NCBI GenBank assembly: GCA_046314355.1
Contig: JBKBWQ010000001.1
Span: forward strand, 928,001 to 992,000
Reading direction: 5' to 3'
DNA: 64,000 nucleotides
Origin: Candidatus Altimarinota bacterium
Lineage (GTDB): Bacteria > Patescibacteriota > Gracilibacteria > 1-14-2-50-48-13
Both the position numbers and the translations under genes were made by a program. Numbering within the stretch: position 1 is the first letter of the stretch; every line of letters begins with the position of its first letter. Of the stretch, positions 57,971 through 64,000 are shown piece by piece. The notes under the pieces were generated by a model. It did no database searches, was not told where the DNA came from, and was given only the letters and a program-made list of their open reading frames with translations.

Positions 57971-58591
57971 TTAGTTTCTTGTGTAGTACTCCACGATGTA
58001 TCTGCTTTCAATAATACTTTCGAAATCAGCAGTCTCAGGATTTGCAACAACTGTAAAGGACATATCCTTAGCGTTTACTTCCATCCACTTAGGAGAAAGA
58101 TCTTTACCAATCTTTTTTCCAGCAAATAGAGGAGAAGCTTTTGCAGTATCAGAAAGAGACACAACATCACCTACTCTCAACTGAATAGAAGGAGTCTTTA
58201 CTCTCTTTCCATTTACAAGCATAAGACCATGACCTACAAGCTGTCTTGAAGTATTTCTAGATGTTACAATACCAGATCTGTAGATCGCGCTATCAAGTCG
58301 AAGCTCAAGACTTCTCATGATATAAACGTCAGTTGCAGTTCCCTTTGTTGCAGAAGCCTGCTTAAAGAGATTGTAAAACTGTGTCTCATTGAGACCAAAA
58401 ATTCTCTTAGCTTTCTGCTTTTCTCGAAGCTGTCGTGCATACTCAGTAGGCTTTCCGCTTCTACCGTGCTGACCAGGGATAGTCTGTCTCTTGTTTAGAG
58501 TACATTTAGTACCTTCACACTTTTCTCCTTTTAGAAAAAGTTTAACTCCCTCTCTTCTACATAATCTACATTTAGGACCAGTATATCTCAT
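57971..58591 (-). CDS. rpsD: 30S ribosomal protein S4
   Basis: RYTGPKCRLCRREG, QLREKQK, LELRLD and VEYY. Confidence 0.98.
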   Translation of the reverse strand: MRYTGPKCRLCRREGVKLFLKGEKCEGTKCTLNKRQTIPGQHGRSGKPTEYARQLREKQKAKRIFGLNETQFYNLFKQASATKGTATDVYIMRSLELRLDSAIYRSGIVTSRNTSRQLVGHGLMLVNGKRVKTPSIQLRVGDVVSLSDTAKASPLFAGKKIGKDLSPKWMEVNAKDMSFTVVANPETADFESIIESRYIVEYYTRN

Positions 58592-58632
58592 ATTAATGAA
58601 ACCAAAGAAATAATAATATATATATAAAGCTA

Positions 58633-59037
58633 CTAAGGTCGTCTTACCTTTCTCTTTCTACATCCTCCGTGTGCCACAGGAGTAATATCGTTGATAGAAA
58701 GAATTTCAATTCCTGCACTTGCAATACCTCGAAGAGATTGATCTCGTCCAACTCCTACACCTTTCATAAATACATCTGCCTTTTCAATTCCGAAAGATAC
58801 AGCTGACTTCATTGCATTTTCTGCAGCTACCTGAGCTGCGTATGGAGTAGACTTTCGTGTTCCTCTAAATCCAGAAGCACCTGCACTTCCCTGCGCGAGA
58901 GCATTACCCTCAAGGTCAGCGATAGTAACAATAGTATTGTTCATGCTGCACTTAATGTGAATTACAGCATGTGGCACTGATCGTCGTGCCTTTTTAGTCT
59001 TTTTTACAGCGGCCTTAGCCTTTGTTGATTCTGCCAT
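58633..59037 (-). CDS. rpsK: 30S ribosomal protein S11
   Basis: NNTIVT, GFRGTRKSTPYAAQ and DITPVAHGGCR. Confidence 0.98.
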   Translation of the reverse strand: MAESTKAKAAVKKTKKARRSVPHAVIHIKCSMNNTIVTIADLEGNALAQGSAGASGFRGTRKSTPYAAQVAAENAMKSAVSFGIEKADVFMKGVGVGRDQSLRGIASAGIEILSINDITPVAHGGCRKRKVRRP

Positions 59038-59086
59038 TTGTAAATAATTGTAAAGTTAAGATAATATTCAAAAGTATTATGAGGGT

Positions 59087-59458
59087 TTATGACTCAGACT
59101 TCTTGTTTGCAACAGTCTGTCTCTTACCCTTTCTTGTTCTAGAGTTCGTCTTTGTTCTCTGACCTCTTACTGGAAGTCTCTTCTTATGTCGAAGACCTCG
59201 ATAACAGTTGATTTCCTGGAGTCGTTTAATATTGAATCCCACTTCTCGTCGAAGATCACCTTCAACCTTAATCTTCTTGATTTCATCTCGAATAAGATCA
59301 AGTACGTCCTCAGATAGCTCTTCAGTCTTTTTATCTCTGTCGATCTTGAGAGTACTCAAAATTTTATTACTAGTAGGTCGGCCAATACCAAATATGTAGG
59401 TAAGCGAGATTTCTACTCGTTTGTTTCTTGGGAGATTCACTCCAGCGATTCGTGCCAT
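59087..59458 (-). CDS. rpsM: 30S ribosomal protein S13
   Basis: [16 protein letters not shown] and [17 protein letters not shown]. Confidence 0.98.
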   Translation of the reverse strand: MARIAGVNLPRNKRVEISLTYIFGIGRPTSNKILSTLKIDRDKKTEELSEDVLDLIRDEIKKIKVEGDLRREVGFNIKRLQEINCYRGLRHKKRLPVRGQRTKTNSRTRKGKRQTVANKKSES

Positions 59459-59487
59459 GTATCGAAGTTACATTAAATAAAATAAAA

Positions 59488-59601
59488 TTACCCCTGTCGT
59501 TGCTTATGTTTTGGTGTCTTACAGATCACCATTACTTTACCGTGACGTCGGATAACTTTGCAAAAGTTACAAATAGGTTTAACTGATGGTCGCACTTTCA
59601 T
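59488..59601 (-). CDS. rpmJ: 50S ribosomal protein L36 (zinc-binding type)
   Basis: Hand-translated [37 protein letters not shown]; below the ORF track cutoff. Confidence 0.97.
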   Translation of the reverse strand: MKVRPSVKPICNFCKVIRRHGKVMVICKTPKHKQRQG

Positions 59602-59627
59602 TGTTACAAGCATTCAAAAGGTAAAAT

Positions 59628-59891
59628 TTATGCTGCATTCTTTAACGCTGTATTTGTTTCCCTGAAAATAATTCTTCCCTTTGTCAGATCGTAGATACTA
59701 AGCTCTACTTTTACCTTATCTCCAGGAATGATTTTGATGAAGTTCTTCTTCATCTTTCCAGACAAATATGCGATGACTGATCGTGTAGGAATACCGTTTG
59801 TATCGTCTCCAATCTGAACTCTGCACTGAGATGCAGGCAAGACCTCAAGAACTACTCCTTCAACGACTACTACATCATCTTTTTTTGCCAT
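59628..59891 (-). CDS. infA: Translation initiation factor IF-1
   Basis: EGVVLEVLP...SGKMKKNFIKIIPGDKVKVELSIYDLTKGRI. Confidence 0.97.
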   Translation of the reverse strand: MAKKDDVVVVEGVVLEVLPASQCRVQIGDDTNGIPTRSVIAYLSGKMKKNFIKIIPGDKVKVELSIYDLTKGRIIFRETNTALKNAA

Positions 59892-59929
59892 GGGAAAGGG
59901 TCAATCGGTACTTAAAAACACGTAACAAG

Positions 59930-59958
59930 AATTTACACTAAAAAAAAATTCTTGACAA
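59930..59958 (-). promoter_or_regulatory. Putative internal promoter for infA-rpmJ-rpsM and downstream genes
   Basis: Minus strand TTGTCA-N17-TAAATT in the map-infA gap. Confidence 0.5.
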
Positions 59959-59971
59959 GTTTTTTTTATTT

Positions 59972-60721
59972 TTATGTAAGTATTTCAGCACCCTGCTCTG
60001 TAATAAGCACAGTATGCTCAAAATGTGCAGAGTAAGAGCCGTCCATCGTATAAATTGTCCAGCCATCTTCTTTATCTATAAAGATCTCAGAAGTGCCAAG
60101 TCCGCTAATTGGTTCAATAGCGATGGTCATTCCTGCTTTTAACTTAGGTCCAAGGGTACTACTTCCCTCATTTGGAATGTACGGATCCTCATGAACCTTA
60201 GTTCCAATCCCATGTCCACCGAGATCTTCAATGACATGAAATGAATGTTGTGTAATATAATTTCCAATAGTATTAGAAATCTCTCCAACTAACACACCAT
60301 CCTTTAGAACCTTAATGGCCTCTTCAAGAGCTTTTTCGGTAGTCTCTACTAGCTTGACTACTTCAGGATCACAAGCTTCTTTTCCACCTACCATGACAGT
60401 GATAGCACTGTCAGTATTCCATCCATCAAGTTTTACTCCACAGTCTAGCCCAATAATATCTCCGGCTTCAAGTATTCGATCTTGAGGTAGTCCATGTACC
60501 ACCTGATCATTTACAGATATACAGATACTTGAAGGAAATCCTTGGTATCCTTTAAAAGCTGGAATTGCTCCATATTTTTTAAATAAGCTATCAACGAATG
60601 CCTCAACCTCTTTTACGTTTATGCCAGGTACAATAATTTCTTTTGTTTGCTGAAGAATTTTGTGAAGTACTTTTCCCGCACTTCTCATTTTCTTTATCTG
60701 ATCGTGAGTTCTAATCTGCAT
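59972..60721 (-). CDS. map: Methionine aminopeptidase type I
   Basis: CISVNDQVVHGLP, GHGIG..HEDP, AIEP and SAHFEHT. Confidence 0.97.
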   Translation of the reverse strand: MQIRTHDQIKKMRSAGKVLHKILQQTKEIIVPGINVKEVEAFVDSLFKKYGAIPAFKGYQGFPSSICISVNDQVVHGLPQDRILEAGDIIGLDCGVKLDGWNTDSAITVMVGGKEACDPEVVKLVETTEKALEEAIKVLKDGVLVGEISNTIGNYITQHSFHVIEDLGGHGIGTKVHEDPYIPNEGSSTLGPKLKAGMTIAIEPISGLGTSEIFIDKEDGWTIYTMDGSYSAHFEHTVLITEQGAEILT

Positions 60722-61367
60722 TCTGCTTATAATGATATTGTTGTAAAATGAGATCTAGCTGAGCAAATACCTGTTCAGGCTCTACCGTTGCATTAATCAT
60801 TGTAACTTTTTTCTTTTCTGAGAGCTTTGCTATGACAGGGAAAGTCTTATCAAAAAAAGTTTGAAAACGTTCCATTATTATACTTTCATTCTGATCGTCT
60901 GATCTAGTTATTAACTCTCCTGCGCATTTAGTACATTTATCTCCATCAGAGAAAACCTGTGGATGTCCGCACTCACTACATTCACGTCTACTCTTGATTC
61001 GTTTTAATGCTTCAAGAAGAGATATATCAAAGAATACTGCTACATATTCTCTCTTTTTCTGCTCCATAATATGAAGAAACATTTCCAGCTGTTCTATATT
61101 TCTTGGTAATCCGTCAAAGATAACCGGGAGATTTGCTGCTTTTTTAGATAGGTATTCCTCCAATATATCAAACACTATATGGTCTGATACAAGTCTTCCC
61201 TCCTGCATGATTTTTCTAATATGATCTGCTCTTTCATCCTTCCCGCTTCGTACAACTTCTCTGAGTTCATGTCCAGCTCCGAAACGGAGAAATTTGTACT
61301 TATCAAACAGATACCCTGCCTGTGTACCTTTTCCTGATCCTTGAATTCCAAACAGAAGAAGATCCAC
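60711..61367 (-). CDS. adk: Adenylate kinase (zinc lid)
   Basis: GIQGSGKGTQ, DGLPR, CSEC...CTKC and RSDD; located between secY and map. Confidence 0.93.
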   Translation of the reverse strand: MDLLLFGIQGSGKGTQAGYLFDKYKFLRFGAGHELREVVRSGKDERADHIRKIMQEGRLVSDHIVFDILEEYLSKKAANLPVIFDGLPRNIEQLEMFLHIMEQKKREYVAVFFDISLLEALKRIKSRRECSECGHPQVFSDGDKCTKCAGELITRSDDQNESIIMERFQTFFDKTFPVIAKLSEKKKVTMINATVEPEQVFAQLDLILQQYHYKQNAD

Positions 61368-61379
61368 TAATAGTATATT

Positions 61380-62690
61380 TTAATAAAATTTATCGTAATC
61401 CTGAGTAACCATTTCTACATTAATTTTTCTGAAAAGTTCAAGTACTACACCTACAACGATGATTACTCCTGCTCCACTGAGAAGCAATGGCACATTACCT
61501 GTAGCATTTCCTGAAACAATGTATCCAATGAGGTATGGCATGACTGCAATAAATGCAATGAATAGTCCTCCCCATAGATTTAATCTCATAGATACCTTAG
61601 AAAGATAATCTATAGTTTCCTGACCAGGTCTTACTCCTGGAATAAACCCACCTCTCTTCTGAAGATTCTCTGCCATTTGATTTGGCTGAAAAACTATACT
61701 TACATAGAAGAATGTAAAGAAGATAACAAAGAGGAAATAGAATGCAATATATGCTAAATTTGGATTCTGAGGGTTGAAATGAAGAGTAATAAATGCTCCG
61801 ATATTTCTAAGTGTAGGATTTGATGAGAGCTCCATAAGCTTCGCAGCAATACTTGGAAAAGTTACAATCGATACTGCAAAGATAATAGGTACCATTCCAG
61901 CTTGATTTACTCTCATTGGTAGAGCTGACTTATCAGTTCCTTTTGCACCGTGACCAGCATATGTTACAGGGATTTTTCTCAATGCCTCCGTAAACCAAAC
62001 TACAAATGCAATAAGAGCAACTGTTATAAGAGCAAATATAATCATTGTGAATACTCTTGATTCATCAACTGCAGCAAGAGAGAGCTCCTGTCCAAGTACC
62101 TGTGGGATACTTGAGACGATGGATACAAAGATAATAAGTGATATACCGTTTCCAATTCCTTTTTCAGTAATAAGTTCACCAAGCCACATAAGCAAGATAG
62201 TACCTCCAGTTACAGTACACATAGCAGTTATAAGTGGAAGTGCTGAGCTAGTATCAATAACAGTAAGTCCTGATCCTGATCCATTAAGATTGTTCAAAAG
62301 AAGAATCATTCCATAAGACTGAAGGAATGCCAACGGTAGCGCAAGCCATCGAGTATATTTATTAATTACTTTCTGTCCTCTCTGTCCATCTTTTGATATA
62401 GCTTCAAGTTTTGGAACTATTACCGTCAGAAGCTGTACAATGATTGACGCATTGATGTATGGGGAAAGTCCCATAAGCACAATGGAGAAGTTATTAAGAT
62501 TTCCTCCCATAAGTGCACTGAATGCCCCAAGAGCTTCAGATCGCGCAATAACACTGCTTAAAACAGCATAATTTGTACCAGGAACCGGTACATGAGAAAT
62601 AATCTTGTAAATAAGCAACATACCTATAGTAAATAGGATTTTGTTTCTAAGAGATTTGTTGTTCCAAATGGAACTAAGATAATTTCCCAC
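61380..62690 (-). CDS. secY: Preprotein translocase subunit SecY
   Basis: MGLSPYINASIIVQLL, GIGNGISLIIF, AGMVPIIFA and IPGVRPG. Confidence 0.98.
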   Translation of the reverse strand: MGNYLSSIWNNKSLRNKILFTIGMLLIYKIISHVPVPGTNYAVLSSVIARSEALGAFSALMGGNLNNFSIVLMGLSPYINASIIVQLLTVIVPKLEAISKDGQRGQKVINKYTRWLALPLAFLQSYGMILLLNNLNGSGSGLTVIDTSSALPLITAMCTVTGGTILLMWLGELITEKGIGNGISLIIFVSIVSSIPQVLGQELSLAAVDESRVFTMIIFALITVALIAFVVWFTEALRKIPVTYAGHGAKGTDKSALPMRVNQAGMVPIIFAVSIVTFPSIAAKLMELSSNPTLRNIGAFITLHFNPQNPNLAYIAFYFLFVIFFTFFYVSIVFQPNQMAENLQKRGGFIPGVRPGQETIDYLSKVSMRLNLWGGLFIAFIAVMPYLIGYIVSGNATGNVPLLLSGAGVIIVVGVVLELFRKINVEMVTQDYDKFY

Positions 62691-62731
62691 CGGTTTGATT
62701 AGATTAAAAAGTAGATCTACACAACTGATAG

Positions 62732-63184
62732 TTATGCGGTTACAACTTTGAGAGATCCTCCTGCCTTTTCTACTGCCTCTTTTGCTTTCGCAGATGCAGC
62801 ATCAACTTCTACAGTAAGTTTCTTAGTGATCTTTCCGTTAGCAAGAAGCTTAACAGGAAGAGATTTTTTTCGAATAAGATTTTTTTCAGCAAGAGAAACT
62901 AATGTCACCTCTGATCCTTCATCAAAGATTCTCTCAAGATCAGAGAGGTTAATTACCTGGAAAGCAATTCTGCTAGGATTTTTAAATCCTTTAAGTTTTG
63001 GAACCTTCTGTATGAAAGATGTCTGTCCTCCTTCAAACTGAGACTGGAAAGAAAATCCAGTTCGGCTCTTCTGACCTTTTTGTCCTCGGCCAGACTTACC
63101 TCCTCTTTTCGATCCATATCCTCGACCTACTCTTTTTGCCTTCTTCGCAGGAGAAATCTCTTGGTGAATTTGTGCAATTCTCAT
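62732..63184 (-). CDS. rplO: 50S ribosomal protein L15
   Basis: RVGRG, GRGQKGQKSR, FEGGQ and EKAGG. Confidence 0.98.
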   Translation of the reverse strand: MRIAQIHQEISPAKKAKRVGRGYGSKRGGKSGRGQKGQKSRTGFSFQSQFEGGQTSFIQKVPKLKGFKNPSRIAFQVINLSDLERIFDEGSEVTLVSLAEKNLIRKKSLPVKLLANGKITKKLTVEVDAASAKAKEAVEKAGGSLKVVTA

Positions 63185-63219
63185 GGGGTCTAAAATTATA
63201 AATGTATATGATATATAGA

Positions 63220-63798
63220 TTATTCAGCCTTTTTAGGCGCTGGGCTCTTAGCCACAGGCTTCTTAGCTTCAGTAGTTACTGGAGCAGCTTCATTTTTCTT
63301 CTTTTCTGGAGTCTCTCTTACATCTGCCTGAGAAATAGTAGCAAGAGCCTGAAGAGTTGCACGTGCAACACTAATCTTATTTGAAGTTCCAAATGACTTA
63401 CTAAGAATATTCTTAATACCAGCAAGCTCAACTACTTTTCGTACAGCTCCACCAGCAATAATACCAGTACCTTCTCCTGCAGGCATAAGCATAATTCGTG
63501 CACTTTTGAATTTATGCTTAAGACTATGAGTAATAGTATCGTTAGTAATTTTAACATTAATCATATTCTTCTTTGCTTGCTGAGTTGCCTTCTGAATTGC
63601 CACAATAACTTCTCCGGCTTTTCCGACCCCCATACCGATCTTTCCTTTCTTATTTCCCATTACAAGGGTCACTCGAAATCTAAGTCTTCGTCCTCCAGAT
63701 ACTACACGAGTAACTCGGTCAATCTGAAGTACCTCTTCAAAATACTCTTTAGGAGCATTTCTATTTCCATGTAAAACTGATGATGAACCTTTTGCCAC
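63220..63798 (-). CDS. rpsE: 30S ribosomal protein S5
   Basis: [14 protein letters not shown] and [12 protein letters not shown]. Confidence 0.98.
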   Translation of the reverse strand: MAKGSSSVLHGNRNAPKEYFEEVLQIDRVTRVVSGGRRLRFRVTLVMGNKKGKIGMGVGKAGEVIVAIQKATQQAKKNMINVKITNDTITHSLKHKFKSARIMLMPAGEGTGIIAGGAVRKVVELAGIKNILSKSFGTSNKISVARATLQALATISQADVRETPEKKKNEAAPVTTEAKKPVAKSPAPKKAE

Positions 63799-63810
63799 GG
63801 TGAGTAACTG

Positions 63811-64000
63811 TTAAAATGTAAGACCTGATTCGCGGAGCGCTTCTGCAAATATCTGGATTTTACCATGATATTTATATCCGTTTCTATCAAAAACAACTTT
63901 TTCAATGCCCTTTTCCTTTAGCATTCCTCCGAATTCTTTTCCAAGAGTTGCTGCAGAATCTTTATTATTCTTAGCCCCCTTAGTTAGAAGAGTACTACCA
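63811..64000 (-). CDS. rplR: 50S ribosomal protein L18 (3' part; runs off the window)
   Basis: Hand-translated ...[29 protein letters not shown]. Confidence 0.95.
   Translation of the reverse strand, partial: GSTLLTKGAKNNKDSAATLGKEFGGMLKEKGIEKVVFDRNGYKYHGKIQIFAEALRESGLTF

Noticed and set aside
370-63905. Many short antisense or nested ORFs in the track
   Set aside because: They are shadows of well-supported longer genes.
1-64000. Genetic code 25 (UGA=Gly) as in Gracilibacteria/Absconditabacteria
   Set aside because: Gly-rich conserved genes are uninterrupted in code 11, and TGA ends the RelE-like gene at the expected length.

Overview
AT-rich bacterial DNA read in genetic code 11, most likely from a Patescibacteria/CPR organism. 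This assignment is inferred from the absence of rpmD between rpsE and rplO, rplQ-rplM-rpsI being directly adjacent, weak Shine-Dalgarno signals and several SLH surface proteins. The right end carries the spc/alpha ribosomal cluster (rplR to rpsI). The rest holds lepA, rpsO, argS, sfsA, four SLH-anchored surface proteins, a type II TA pair, nucleotide house-cleaning enzymes, an ALS-like/ALDH pair and a glycosylation locus. The main finding is a ~6.8 kb element integrated at the 3' end of tRNA-Glu(CTC). Both junctions are readable (shared TCACCA at 23987 and 30799), and the reconstructed attP is palindromic (CAGTTGG-CTCA-CCAACTG) and lies inside the large serine recombinase gene. Integration or excision therefore swaps the recombinase C-terminus: an 11-aa tail encoded by the tRNA antisense strand when integrated, versus a 23-aa tail held at the far end of the island when excised. 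The window also has several unexplained structured non-coding elements. All functional calls come from reading motifs by eye; no database searches were run.
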